Below, piece by piece: positions 29,720-44,500 of a DNA stretch of 64,000 bases. Made by a program: the position numbers and the translations under genes. Each line of letters begins with the position of its first letter. Positions within the stretch are counted from its first letter, which is position 1. This stretch comes from Eledone cirrhosa (taxonomy: Eukaryota), in assembly GCA_964016885.1 (NCBI GenBank), contig CAXHJY010000031.1, positions 62,001-126,000 on the forward strand. Reading direction: 5' to 3'. The notes below the pieces were generated by a model. It was given only the letters and a program-made list of their open reading frames with translations, was not told the origin of the DNA and did not search any database.

Positions 29720-32700
29720 TAAATGTGTTAAATAAATGTGTTAAATAAATGTGTTAAATAAATGTGTTAAATAAATGTGTTAAATAAATGTGTTAAATAA
29801 ATGTGTTAAATAAATGTGTTAAATAAATGTGTTAAATAAATGTGTTAAATAAATGTGTTAAATAAATGTGTTAAATAAATGTGTTAAATAAATGTGTTAA
29901 ATAAATGTGTTAAATAAAAGTGTTAAATAAAAGTGTTAAATAAAAGTGTTAAATAAAAGTGTTAAATAAATGTGTTAAATAAATGTGTTAAATAAATGTG
30001 TTAAATAAATGTGTTAAATAAATGTGTTAAATAAATGTGTTAAATAAATGTGTTAAATAAGCGTGGTAAATAAGCGTGGTAAATAAATGTGGTAAATAAA
30101 TAAATGTGTTAAATAAATGTGTTAAATAAATGTGTTAAATAAAAGTGTTAAATAAAAGTGTTAAATAAATGTGTTAAATAAATGTGTTAAATAAATGTGT
30201 TAAATAAATGTGTTAAATAAATGTGTTAAATAAATGTGTTAAATAAATGTGTTAAATAAAATAAATGTGTTAAATAAATGTGTTAAATAAATGTGTTAAA
30301 TAAATGTGTTAAATAAATGTGTTAAATAAATGTGTTAAATAAATGTGTTAAATAAATGTGTTAAATAAATGTGTTAAATAAATGTGTTAAATAAATGTGT
30401 TAAATAAATGTGTTAAATAAAATAAATGTGTTAAATAAAATAAATGTGTTAAATAAAATAAATGTGTTAAATAAATGTGTTAAATAAATGTGTTAAATAA
30501 ATGTGTTAAATAAATGTGTTAAATAAATGTGTTAAATAAATGTGTTAAATAAATGTGTTAAATAAATGTGTTAAATAAATGTGTTAAATAAAAGTGTTAA
30601 ATAAAAGTGTTAAATAAATGTGTTAAATAAATGTGTTAAATAAATGTGTTAAATAAATGTGTTAAATAAATGTGTTAAATAAATGTGTTAAATAAAAGTG
30701 TTAAATAAAAGTGTTAAATAAAAGTGTTAAATAAAAGTGTTAAATAAATGTGTTAAATAAATGTGTTAAATAAATGTGTTAAATAAATGTGTTAAATAAA
30801 TGTGTTAAATAAATGTGTTAAATAAATGTGTTAAATAAATGTGTTAAATAAATGTGTTAAATAAATGTGTTAAATAAATGTGTTAAATAAATGTGTTAAA
30901 TAAATGTGTTAAATAAATGTGTTAAATAAAAGTGTTAAATAAAAGTGTTAAATAAAAGTGTTAAATAAAAGTGTTAAATAAATGTGTTAAATAAATGTGT
31001 TAAATAAATATGGTAAATAAATGTGGTAAATAAATAAATGTGTTAAATAAATGTGTTAAATAAATGTGTTAAATAAATGTGTTAAATAAATGTGTTAAAT
31101 AAATGTGTTAAATAAATGTGTTAAATAAAAGTGTTAAATAAATGTGTGTGTTAAATAAATGTGTTAAATAAATGTGTTAAATAAAAGTGTTAAATAAATG
31201 TGTTAAATAAAAGTGTTAAATAAATGTGTTAAATAAATGTGTTAAATAAAAGTGTTAAATAAATGTGTTAAATAAATGTGTTAAATAAAAGTGTTAAATA
31301 AAAGTGTTAAATAAAAGTGTTAAATAAAAGTGTTAAATAAAAGTGTTAAATAAAAGTGTTAAATAAAAGTGTTAAATAAAAGTGTTAAATAAATGTGTTA
31401 AATAAATGTGTTAAATAAATGTGTTAAATAAATGTGTTAAATAAATGTGTTAAATAAATGTGTTAAATAAATGTGTTAAATAAATGTGTTAAATAAATGT
31501 GTTAAATAAATGTGTTAAATAAATGTGTTAAATAAATGTGTTAAACAAAAGTGTTAAACAAAAGTGTTAAACAAAAGTGTTAAACAAATGTGTTAAATAA
31601 ATGTGTTAAATAAATGTGTTAAATAAAAGTGTTAAATAAATGTGTTAAATAAATGTGTTAAATAAATGTGTTAAATAAAAGTGTTAAATAAATGTGTTAA
31701 ATAAATGTGTTAAATAAATGTGTTAAATAAATGTGTTAAATAAATGTGTTAAATAAATGTGTTAAATAAAAGTGTTAAATAAAAGTGTTAAATAAAAGTG
31801 TTAAATAAATGTGTTAAATAAATGTGTTAAATAAATGTGTTAAATAAATGTGTTAAATAAATGTGTTAAATAAATGTGTTAAATAAATGTGTTAAATAAA
31901 TTTGGTAAATAAATGTGTTAAATAAATGTGGTAAATAAATGTGGTAAATAAATAAATGTGTTAAATAAATGTGTTAAATAAATGTGTTAAATAAATGTGT
32001 GTGTTAAATAAATGTGTTAAATAAATGTGTTAAATAAAAGTGTTAAATAAAAGTGTTAAATAAAAGTGTTAAATAAAAGTGTTAAATAAAAGTGTTAAAT
32101 AAAAGTGTTAAATAAAAGTGTTAAATAAAAGTGTTAAATAAAAGTGTTAAATAAATGTGTTAAATAAATGTGTTAAATAAAAGTGTTAAATAAAAGTGTT
32201 AAATAAAAGTGTTAAATAAAAGTGTTAAATAAAAGTGTTAAATAAAAGTGTTAATTAAATGTGTTAATTAAATGTGTTAAATAAATGTGTTAAATAAATG
32301 TGTTAAATAAAAGTGTTAAATAAAAGTGTTAAATAAAAGTGTTAAATAAAAGTGTTAAATAAAAGTGTTAAATAAATGTGTTAATTAAATGTGTTAAATA
32401 AATGTGTTAAATAAATGTGTTAAATAAATGTGTTAAATAAATGTGTTAAATAAATGTGTTAAATAAAATAAATGTGTTAAATAAAATAAATGTGTTAAAT
32501 AAATGTGTTAAATAAATGTGTTAAATAAATGTGTTAAATAAATGTGTTAAATAAATGTGTTAAATAAATGTGTTAAATAAATGTGTTAAATAAATGTGTT
32601 AAATAAATGTGTTAAATAAATGTGTTAAATAAATGTGTTAAATAAAAGTGTTAAATAAAAGTGTTAAATAAATGTGTTAAATAAAAGTGTTAAATAAAAG

Positions 32701-35700
32701 TGTTAAATAAATGTGTTAAATAAATGTGTTAAATAAATGTGTTAAATAAAAGTGTTAAATAAAAGTGTTAAATAAAAGTGTTAAATAAAAGTGTTAAATA
32801 AATGTGTTAAATAAATGTGTTAAATAAATGTGTTAAATAAATGTGTTAAATAAATGTGTTAAATAAATGTGTTAAATAAATGTGTTAAATAAATGTGTTA
32901 AATAAAAGTGTTAAATAAATGTGTTAATAAATGTGTTAAATAAAAGTGTTAAATAAATGTGTTAAATAAAAGTGTTAAATAAAAGTGTTAAATAAATGTG
33001 TTAAATAAAAGTGTTAAATAAAAGTGTTAAATAAAAGTGTTAAATAAAAGTGTTAAATAAAAGTGTTAAATAAAAGTGTTAAATAAAAGTGTTAAATAAA
33101 AGTGTTAAATAAAAGTGTTAAATAAATGTGTTAAATAAATGTGTTAAATAAATGTGTTAAATAAATGTGTTAAACAAATGTGTTAAACAAAAGTGTTAAA
33201 CAAAAGTGTTAAACAAAAGTGTTAAACAAATGTGTTAAATAAATGTGTTAAATAAATGTGTTAAATAAAAGTGTTAAATAAATGTGTTAAATAAATGTGT
33301 TAAATAAATGTGTTAAATAAAAGTGTTAAATAAATGTGTTAAATAAATGTGTTAAATAAATGTGTTAAATAAAAGTGTTAAATAAATGTGTTAAATAAAA
33401 GTGTTAAATAAAAGTGTTAAATAAAAGTGTTAAATAAATGTGTTAAATAAATGTGTTAAATAAATGTGTTAAATAAATGTGTTAAATAAATGTGTTAAAT
33501 AAATGTGTTAAATAAATGTGTTAAATAAATGTGTTAAATAAATGTGTTAAATAAATGTGGTAAATAAATGAGGTAAATAGATGTGGTAAATAAATAAATG
33601 TGTTAAATAAATGTGTTAAATAAATGTGTTAAATAAAAGTGTTAAATAAAAGTGTTAAATAAAAGTGTTAAATAAAAGTGTTAAATAAAAGTGTTAAATA
33701 AAAGTGTTAATTAAATGTGTTAAATAAATGTGTTAAATAAATGTGTTAAATAAATGTGTTAAATAAAAGTGTTAAATAAAAGTGTTAAATAAAAGTGTTA
33801 AATAAAAGTGTTAAATAAAAGTGTTAAATAAAAGTGTTAAATAAAAGTGTTAAATAAATGTGTTAAATAAATGTGTTAAATAAATGTGTTAAATAAATGT
33901 GTTAAATAAATGTGTTAAATAAATGTGTTAAATAAATGTGTTAAATAAAAGTGTTAAATAAAAGTGTTAAATAAATGTGTTAAATAAATGTGTTAAATAA
34001 ATGTGTTAAATAAAAGTGTTAAATAAAAGTGTTAAATAAAAGTGTTAAATAAAAGTGTTAAATAAAAGTGTTAAATAAAAGTGTTAAATAAAAGTGTTAA
34101 ATAAATGTGTTAAATAAATGTGTTAAATAAATGTGTTAAATAAATGTGTTAAATAAATGTGTTAAATAAATGTGTTAAATAAATGTGTTAAATAAATGTG
34201 TTAAATAAATGTGTTAAATAAATGTGTTAAATAAAAGTGTTAAATAAAAGTGTTAAATAAAAGTGTTAAATAAAAGTGTTAAATAAATGTGTTAAATAAA
34301 TGTGTTAAATAAATGTGTTAAATAAATGTGTTAAATAAATGTGTTAAATAAATGTGTTAAATAAGCGTGGTAAATAAGCGTGGTAAATAAATGTGGTAAA
34401 TAAATAAATGTGTTAAATAAATGTGTTAAATAAATGTGTTAAATAAAAGTGTTAAATAAAAGTGTTAAATAAATGTGTTAAATAAATGTGTTAAATAAAT
34501 GTGTTAAATAAATGTGTTAAATAAATGTGTTAAATAAATGTGTTAAATAAATGTGTTAAATAAATGTGTTAAATAAAATAAATGTGTTAAATAAATGTGT
34601 TAAATAAATGTGTTAAATAAATGTGTTAAATAAATGTGTTAAATAAATGTGTTAAATAAATGTGTTAAATAAATGTGTTAAATAAATGTGTTAAATAAAA
34701 TAAATGTGTTAAATAAAATAAATGTGTTAAATAAAATAAATGTGTTAAATAAATGTGTTAAATAAATGTGTTAAATAAATGTGTTAAATAAATGTGTTAA
34801 ATAAATGTGTTAAATAAATGTGTTAAATAAATGTGTTAAATAAATGTGTTAAATAAATGTGTTAAATAAAAGTGTTAAATAAAAGTGTTAAATAAATGTG
34901 TTAAATAAATGTGTTAAATAAATGTGTTAAATAAATGTGTTAAATAAATGTGTTAAATAAATGTGTTAAATAAATGTGTTAAATAAAAGTGTTAAATAAA
35001 AGTGTTAAATAAAAGTGTTAAATAAAAGTGTTAAATAAATGTGTTAAATAAATGTGTTAAATAAATGTGTTAAATAAATGTGTTAAATAAATGTGTTAAA
35101 TAAATGTGTTAAATAAATGTGTTAAATAAATGTGTTAAATAAATGTGTTAAATAAATGTGTTAAATAAATGTGTTAAATAAATGTGTTAAATAAATGTGT
35201 TAAATAAATGTGTTAAATAAATGTGTTAAATAAAAGTGTTAAATAAAAGTGTTAAATAAAAGTGTTAAATAAAAGTGTTAAATAAATGTGTTAAATAAAT
35301 GTGTTAAATAAATATGGTAAATAAATGTGGTAAATAAATAAATGTGTTAAATAAATGTGTTAAATAAATGTGTTAAATAAATGTGTTAAATAAATGTGTT
35401 AAATAAATGTGTTAAATAAATGTGTTAAATAAAAGTGTTAAATAAATGTGTGTGTTAAATAAATGTGTTAAATAAATGTGTTAAATAAAAGTGTTAAATA
35501 AATGTGTTAAATAAAAGTGTTAAATAAATGTGTTAAATAAATGTGTTAAATAAAAGTGTTAAATAAATGTGTTAAATAAATGTGTTAAATAAAAGTGTTA
35601 AATAAAAGTGTTAAATAAAAGTGTTAAATAAAAGTGTTAAATAAAAGTGTTAAATAAAAGTGTTAAATAAAAGTGTTAAATAAAAGTGTTAAATAAAAGT

Positions 35701-38550
35701 GTTAAATAAATGTGTTAAATAAATGTGTTAAATAAATGTGTTAAATAAATGTGTTAAATAAATGTGTTAAATAAATGTGTTAAATAAATGTGTTAAATAA
35801 ATGTGTTAAATAAATGTGTTAAATAAATGTGTTAAATAAATGTGTTAAATAAATGTGTTAAACAAAAGTGTTAAACAAAAGTGTTAAACAAAAGTGTTAA
35901 ACAAATGTGTTAAATAAATGTGTTAAATAAATGTGTTAAATAAAAGTGTTAAATAAATGTGTTAAATAAATGTGTTAAATAAATGTGTTAAATAAAAGTG
36001 TTAAATAAATGTGTTAAATAAATGTGTTAAATAAATGTGTTAAATAAATGTGTTAAATAAATGTGTTAAATAAAAGTGTTAAATAAAAGTGTTAAATAAA
36101 AGTGTTAAATAAATGTGTTAAATAAATGTGTTAAATAAATGTGTTAAATAAATGTGTTAAATAAATGTGTTAAATAAATGTGTTAAATAAATGTGTTAAA
36201 TAAATTTGGTAAATAAATGTGTTAAATAAATGTGGTAAATAAATGTGGTAAATAAATAAATGTGTTAAATAAATGTGTTAAATAAATGTGTTAAATAAAT
36301 GTGTGTGTTAAATAAATGTGTTAAATAAATGTGTTAAATAAAAGTGTTAAATAAAAGTGTTAAATAAAAGTGTTAAATAAAAGTGTTAAATAAAAGTGTT
36401 AAATAAAAGTGTTAAATAAAAGTGTTAAATAAAAGTGTTAAATAAAAGTGTTAAATAAATGTGTTAAATAAATGTGTTAAATAAAAGTGTTAAATAAAAG
36501 TGTTAAATAAAAGTGTTAAATAAAAGTGTTAAATAAAAGTGTTAATTAAATGTGTTAATTAAATGTGTTAAATAAATGTGTTAAATAAATGTGTTAAATA
36601 AAAGTGTTAAATAAAAGTGTTAAATAAAAGTGTTAAATAAAAGTGTTAAATAAAAGTGTTAAATAAATGTGTTAATTAAATGTGTTAAATAAATGTGTTA
36701 AATAAATGTGTTAAATAAATGTGTTAAATAAATGTGTTAAATAAATGTGTTAAATAAATGTGTTAAATAAAATAAATGTGTTAAATAAAATAAATGTGTT
36801 AAATAAATGTGTTAAATAAATGTGTTAAATAAATGTGTTAAATAAATGTGTTAAATAAATGTGTTAAATAAATGTGTTAAATAAATGTGTTAAATAAATG
36901 TGTTAAATAAATGTGTTAAATAAATGTGTTAAATAAATGTGTTAAATAAAAGTGTTAAATAAAAGTGTTAAATAAATGTGTTAAATAAAAGTGTTAAATA
37001 AATGTGTTAAATAAATGTGTTAAATAAATGTGTTAAATAAAAGTGTTAAATAAAAGTGTTAAATAAAAGTGTTAAATAAAAGTGTTAAATAAATGTGTTA
37101 AATAAATGTGTTAAATAAATGTGTTAAATAAATGTGTTAAATAAATGTGTTAAATAAATGTGTTAAATAAATGTGTTAAATAAATGTGTTAAATAAAAGT
37201 GTTAAATAAATGTGTTAAATAAATGTGTTAAATAAAAGTGTTAAATAAATGTGTTAAATAAAAGTGTTAAATAAAAGTGTTAAATAAATGTGTTAAATAA
37301 AAGTGTTAAATAAAAGTGTTAAATAAAAGTGTTAAATAAAAGTGTTAAATAAAAGTGTTAAATAAAAGTGTTAAATAAAAGTGTTAAATAAAAGTGTTAA
37401 ATAAAAGTGTTAAATAAATGTGTTAAATAAATGTGTTAAATAAATGTGTTAAATAAATGTGTTAAACAAATGTGTTAAACAAAAGTGTTAAACAAAAGTG
37501 TTAAACAAAAGTGTTAAACAAATGTGTTAAATAAATGTGTTAAATAAATGTGTTAAATAAATGTGTTAAATAAAAGTGTTAAATAAATGTGTTAAATAAA
37601 TGTGTTAAATAAATGTGTTAAATAAAAGTGTTAAATAAATGTGTTAAATAAATGTGTTAAATAAATGTGTTAAATAAAAGTGTTAAATAAATGTGTTAAA
37701 TAAAAGTGTTAAATAAAAGTGTTAAATAAAAGTGTTAAATAAATGTGTTAAATAAATGTGTTAAATAAATGTGTTAAATAAATGTGTTAAATAAATGTGT
37801 TAAATAAATGTGTTAAATAAATGTGTTAAATAAATGTGTTAAATAAATGTGTTAAATAAATGTGGTAAATAAATGAGGTAAATAGATGTGGTAAATAAAT
37901 AAATGTGTTAAATAAATGTGTTAAATAAATGTGTTAAATAAAAGTGTTAAATAAAAGTGTTAAATAAAAGTGTTAAATAAAAGTGTTAAATAAAAGTGTT
38001 AAATAAAAGTGTTAATTAAATGTGTTAAATAAATGTGTTAAATAAATGTGTTAAATAAATGTGTTAAATAAAAGTGTTAAATAAAAGTGTTAAATAAAAG
38101 TGTTAAATAAAAGTGTTAAATAAAAGTGTTAAATAAAAGTGTTAAATAAAAGTGTTAAATAAAAGTGTTAAATAAATGTGTTAAATAAATGTGTTAAATA
38201 AATGTGTTAAATAAATGTGTTAAATAAATGTGTTAAATAAATGTGTTAAATAAAAGTGTTAAATAAAAGTGTTAAATAAATGTGTTAAATAAATGTGTTA
38301 AATAAATGTGTTAAATAAAAGTGTTAAATAAAAGTGTTAAATAAAAGTGTTAAATAAAAGTGTTAAATAAAAGTGTTAAATAAAAGTGTTAAATAAAAGT
38401 GTTAAATAAATGTGTTAAATAAATGTGTTAAATAAATGTGTTAAATAAATGTGTTAAATAAATGTGTTAAATAAATGTGTTAAATAAATGTGTTAAATAA
38501 ATGTGTTAAATAAATGTGTTAAATAAATGTGTTAAATAAATGTGTTAAAT
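29720..38550. repeat. Tandem ~4.3 kb higher-order repeat, two units (boundary near 34100)
   Basis: Marker pairs spaced 4304-4305 bp: GCGTGG 30061/34365, ATATGG 31008/35312, TTTGG 31901/36205, TGAGG 33569/37874. Confidence 0.9.
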
Positions 38551-41500
38551 AAATGTGTTAAATAAATGTGTTAAATAAAAGTGTTAAATAAATGTTTTAA
38601 ATAAAATAAATGTGTTAAATAAATGTGTTAAATAAATGTGTTAAATAAATGTGTTAAATAAATGTGTTAAATAAATGTGTTAAATAAAAGTGTTAAATAA
38701 AAGTGTTAAATAAAAGTGTTAAATAAATGTGTTAAATAAATGTGTTAAATAAATGTGTTAAATAAATGTGTTAAATAAATGTGTTAAATAAATGTGTTAA
38801 ATAAATGTGTTAAATAAATGTGTTAAATAAATGTGTTAAATAAATGTGTTAAATAAATGTGTTAAATAAATGTGTTAAATAAATGTGTTAAATAAATGTG
38901 TTAAATAAATGTGTTAAATAAATGTGTTAAATAAATGTGTTAAATAAATGTGTTAAATAAATGTGTTAAATAAAAGTGTTAAATAAAAGTGTTAAATAAA
39001 AGTGTTAAATAAATGTGTTAAATAAAAGTGTTAAATAAATGTGTTAAATAAAAGTGTTAAATAAAAGTGTTAAATAAAAGTGTTAAATAAAAGTGTTAAA
39101 TAAAAGTGTTAAATAAAAGTGTTAAATAAAAGTGTTAAATAAATGTGTTAAATAAATGTGTTAAATAAATGTGTTAAATAAATGTGGTAAATAAATGTGG
39201 TAAATAAATGTGTTAAATAAATGTGTTAAATAAATGTGTTAAATAAATGTGTTAAATAAATGTGTTAAATAAATGTGTTAAATAAATGTGTTAAATAAAT
39301 GTGTTAAATAAATGTGTTAAATAAATGTGTTAAATAAAAGTGTTAAATAAAAGTGTTAAATAAAAGTGTTAAATAAATGTGTTAAATAAATGTGTTAAAT
39401 AAATGTGTTAAATAAATGTGTTAAATAAATGTGGTAAATAAAAGTGGTAAATAAATAAATGTGTTAAATAAATGTGTTAAATAAATGTGTTAAATAAATG
39501 TGTTAAATAAATGTGTTAAATAAATGTGTTAAATAAATGTGTGTGTTAAATAAATGTGTTAAATAAATGTGTTAAATAAATGTGTTAAATAAAAGTGTTA
39601 AATAAATGTGTTAAATAAATGTGTTAAATAAAAGTGTTAAATAAATGTGTTAAATAAATGTGTTAAATAAAAGTGTTAAATAAAAGTGTTAAATAAATGT
39701 GTTAAATAAAAGTGTTAAATAAAAGTGTTAAATAAAAGTGTTAAATAAAAGTGTTAAATAAATGTGTTAAATAAATGTGTTAAATAAATGTGTTAAATAA
39801 ATGTGTTAAATAATGTGTTAAATAAATGTGTTAAATAAATGTGTTAAACAAAAGTGTTAAACAAAAGTGTTAAACAAAAGTGTTAAACAAATGTGTTAAA
39901 TAAATGTGTTAAATAAATGTGTTAAATAAATGTGTTAAATAAAAGTGTTAAATAAATGTGTTAAATAAATGTGTTAAATAAATGTGTTAAATAAAAGTGT
40001 TAAATAAATGTGTTAAATAAATGTGTTAAATAAATGTGTTAAATAAATGTGTTAAATAAAAGTGTTAAATAAATGTGTTAAATAAATGTGTTAAATAAAT
40101 GTGTTAAATAAAAGTGTTAAATAAAAGTGTTAAATAAAAGTGTTAAATAAATGTGTTAAATAAATGTGTTAAATAAATGTGTTAAATAAATGTGTTAAAT
40201 AAATGTGTTAAATAAATGTGTTAAATAAATGTGTTAAATAAATGTGGTAAATAAATGTGTTAAATAAATGTGGTAAATAAATGTGGTAAATAAATAAATG
40301 TGTTAAATAAATGTGTTAAATAAATGTGTTAAATAAATGTGTGTGTTAAATAAATGTGTTAAATAAAAGTGTTAAATAAATGTGTTAAATAAAAGTGTTA
40401 AATAAAAATGTTAAATAAAAGTGTTTAAATAAAAGTGTTAAATAAAAGTGTTAAATAAATGTGTTAAATAAATGTGTTAAATAAATTTGTTAAATAAAAG
40501 TGTTAAATAAAAGTGTTAAATAAAAGTGTTAAATAAAAGTGTTAAATAAAAGTGTTAAATAAAAGTGTTAAATAAATGTGTTAATTAAATGTGTTAAATA
40601 AATGTGTTAAATAAATGTGTTAAATAAATGTGTTAAATAAATGTGTTAAATAAATGTGTTAAATAAATGTGTTAAATAAATGTGTTAAATAAATGTGTTA
40701 AATAAATGTGTTAAATAAATGTGTTAAATAAATGTGTTAAATAAATGTGTTAAATAAATGTGTTAAATAAATGTGTTAAATAAATGTGTTAAATAAATGT
40801 GTTAAATAAATGTGTTAAATAAATGTGTTAAATAAATGTGTTAAATAAATGTGTTAAATAAATGTGTTAAATAAATGTGTTAAATAAAAGTGTTAAATAA
40901 AAGTGTTAAATAAAAGTGTTAAATAAAAGTGTTAAATAAATGTGTTAAATAAATGTGTTAAATAAATGTGTTAAATAAAAGTGTTAAATAAAAGTGTTAA
41001 ATAAAAGTGTTAAATAAATGTGTTAAATAAATGTGTTAAATAAATGTGTTAAATAAATGTGTTAAATAAATGTGTTAAATAAATGTGTTAAATAAATGTG
41101 TTAAATAAATGTGTTAAATAAATGTGTTAAATAAATGTGTTAAATAAATGTGTTAAATAAAAGTGTTAAATAAATGTGTTAAATAAATGTGTTAAATAAA
41201 TGTGTTAAATAAATGTGTTAAATAAATGTGTTAAATAAATGTGTTAAATAAATGTGTTAAATAAATGTGTTAAATAAATGTGTTAAATAAATGTGTTAAA
41301 TAAATGTGTTAAATAAAAGTGTTAAATAAAAGTGTTAAATAAATGTGTTAAATAAATGTGTTAAATAAATGTGTTAAATAAATGTGTTAAATAAATGTGT
41401 TAAATAAATGTGTTAAATAAATGTGTTAAATAAATGTGTTAAATAAATGTGTTAAATAAAATAAATGTGTTAAATAAATGTGTTAAATAAATGTGTTAAA

Positions 41501-44500
41501 TAAATGTGTTAAATAAATGTGTTAAATAAATGTGTTAAATAAATGTGTTAAATAAATGTGTTAAATAAATGTGTTAAATAAATGTGTTAAATAAATGTGT
41601 TAAATAAATGTGTTAAATAAATGTGTTAAATAAAAGTGTTAAATAAAAGTGTTAAATAAATGTGTTAAATAAATGTGTTAAATAAATGTGTTAAATAAAT
41701 GTGTTAAATAAATGTGTTAAATAAATGTGTTAAATAAATGTGTTAAATAAATGTGTTAAATAAATGTGGTAAATAAATGTGTTAAATAAATGTGGTAAAT
41801 AAATGTGGTAAATAAATGTGGTAAATAAATAAATGTGTTAAATAAATGTGTTAAATAAATGTGTTAAATAAATGTGTTAAATAAATGTGTTAAATAAAAG
41901 TGTTAAATAAAAGTGTTAAATAAAAGTGTTAAATAAAAGTGTTAAATAAATGTGTTAAATAAATGTGTTAAATGAATGTGTTAAATAAAAGTGTTAAATA
42001 AAAGTGTTAAATAAATGTGTTAAATAAATGTGTTAAATGAATGTGTTAAATAAAATGTGTTAAATAAATGTGTTAAATAAATGTGTTAAATAAATGTGTT
42101 AAATAAAATAAATGTGTTAAATAAATGTGTTAAATAAATGTGTTAAATAAATGTGTTAAATAAATGTGTTAAATAAATGTGTTAAATAAATGTGTTAAAT
42201 AAATGTGTTAAATAAATGTGTTAAATAAATGTGTTAAATAAATGTGTTAAATAATGTGTTAAATAAATGTGTTAAATAAATGTGTTAAATAAAAGTGTTA
42301 AATAAAAGTGTTAAATAAAAGTGTTAAATAAATGTGTTAAATAAAAGTGTTAAATAAAAGTGTTAAATAAATGTGTTAAATAAAAGTGTTAAATAAAAGT
42401 GTTAAATAAAAGTGTTAAATAAAAGTGTTAAATAAAAGTGTTAAATAAAAGTGTTAAATAAAAGTGTTAAATAAAAGTGTTAAATAAAAGTGTTAAATAA
42501 ATGTGTTAAATAAATGTGTTAAATAAAAGTGTTAAATAAAAGTGTTAAATAAATGTGTTAAATAAATGTGTTAAATAAATGTGTTAAATAAATGTGTTAA
42601 ATAAATGTGTTAAATAAATGTGTTAAATAAATGTGTTAAATAAATGTGTTAAATAAATGTGTTAAATAAATGTGTTAAATAAATGTGTTAAATAAATGTG
42701 TTAAATAAATGTGTTAAATAAATGTGTTAAATAAATGTGTTAAATAAATGTGTTAAATAAATGTGTTAAATAAATGTGTTAAATAAAAGTGTTAAATAAA
42801 AGTGTTAAATAAATGTGTTAAATAAATGTGTTAAATAAAAGTGTTAAATAAATGTGTTAAATAAAAGTGTTAAATAAATGTGTTAAATAAATGTGTTAAA
42901 TAAATGTGTTAAATAAATGTGTTAAATAAATGTGTTAAATAAATGTGTTAATAATGTGTTAATAAATGTGTTAAATAAATGTGTTAAATAAATGTGTTAA
43001 ATAAATGTGTTAAATAAATGTGTTAAATAAAAGTGTTAAATAAATGTGTTAAATAAAAGTGTTAAATAAATGTGTTAAATAAATGTGTTAAATAAATGTG
43101 TTAAATAAAAGTGTTAAATAAAAGTGTTAAATAAAAGTGTTAAATAAAGTGTTAAATAAATGTGTTAAATAAATGAGTTAAATAAATGAGTTAAATAAAT
43201 GTGTTAAATAAATGTGTTAAATAATGTGGTAAATAAATAATGTGTTAAATAAATAAATGTGTTAAATAAATGTGTTAAATAAATGTGTTAAATAAATGTG
43301 TTAAATAAATGTGTTAAATAAATGTGTTAAATAAATGTGTTAAATAAATGTGTTAAATAAATGTGTTAAATAAATGTGTTAAATAAATGTGTTAAATAAA
43401 TGTGTTAATAAATGTGTTAAATAAATGTGTTAAATAAATGTGTTAAATAAATGTGTTAAATAAAAGTGTTAAATAAAAGTGTTAAATAAAAGTGTTAAAT
43501 AAAAGTGTTAAATAAATGTGTTAAATAAATGTGTTAAATAAATGTGTTAAATAAATGTGTTAAATAAATGTGTTAAATAAATGTGTTAAATAAATGTGTT
43601 AAATAAATGTGTTAAATAATGTGTTAAATAAATGTGTTAAATAATGTGTTAAATAAATGTGTTAAATAAATGTGTTAAATAAATGTGTTAAATAAATGTG
43701 TTAAATAAAAGTGTTAAATAAATGTGTTAAATAAATGTGTTAAATAAATGTGTGTAATAAAGTGTTAAATAAATGTGTTAAATAAAAGTGTTAAATAAAT
43801 GTGTTAAATAAATGTGTTAAATAAAAGTGTTAAATAAAAGTGTTAAATAAAAGTGTTAAATAAAAGTGTTAAATAAAAGTGTTAAATAAATGTGTTAAAT
43901 AAATGTGTTAAATAAATGTGTTAAATAAATGTGTTAAATAAATGTGTTAAATAAATGTGTTAAATAAATGTGTTAAATAAATGTGTTAAATAAATGTGTT
44001 AAATAATGTGTTAAATAAAGTGTTAAATAAAAGTGTTAAATAAAAGTGTTAAATAAATGTGTTAAATAATGTGTTAAATAAATGTGTTAAATAAATGTGT
44101 TAAATAAATGTGTTAAATAAATGTGTTAAATAAATGTGGTAAATAATGTGGTAAATAAATGTTGGTAAATAAATGTGGTAAATAAATGTGGTAAATAAAT
44201 AAATGTGTTAAATAAATGTGTTAAATAAATGTGTTAAATAAATGTGTTAAATAAATGTGTTAAATAAATGTGTTAAATAAATGTGTTAAATAAATGTGTT
44301 AAATAAATGTGTTAAATAAATGTGTTAAATAAAAGTGTTAAATAAATGTGTTAAATAAATGTGTTAAATAAATGTGTTAAATAAATGTGTTAAATAAATG
44401 TGTTAAATAAATGTGTTAAATAAATGTGTTAAATAAATGTGTTAAATAAATGTGTTAAATAAATGTGTTAAATAAAATAATGTGTTAAATAAATGTGTTA

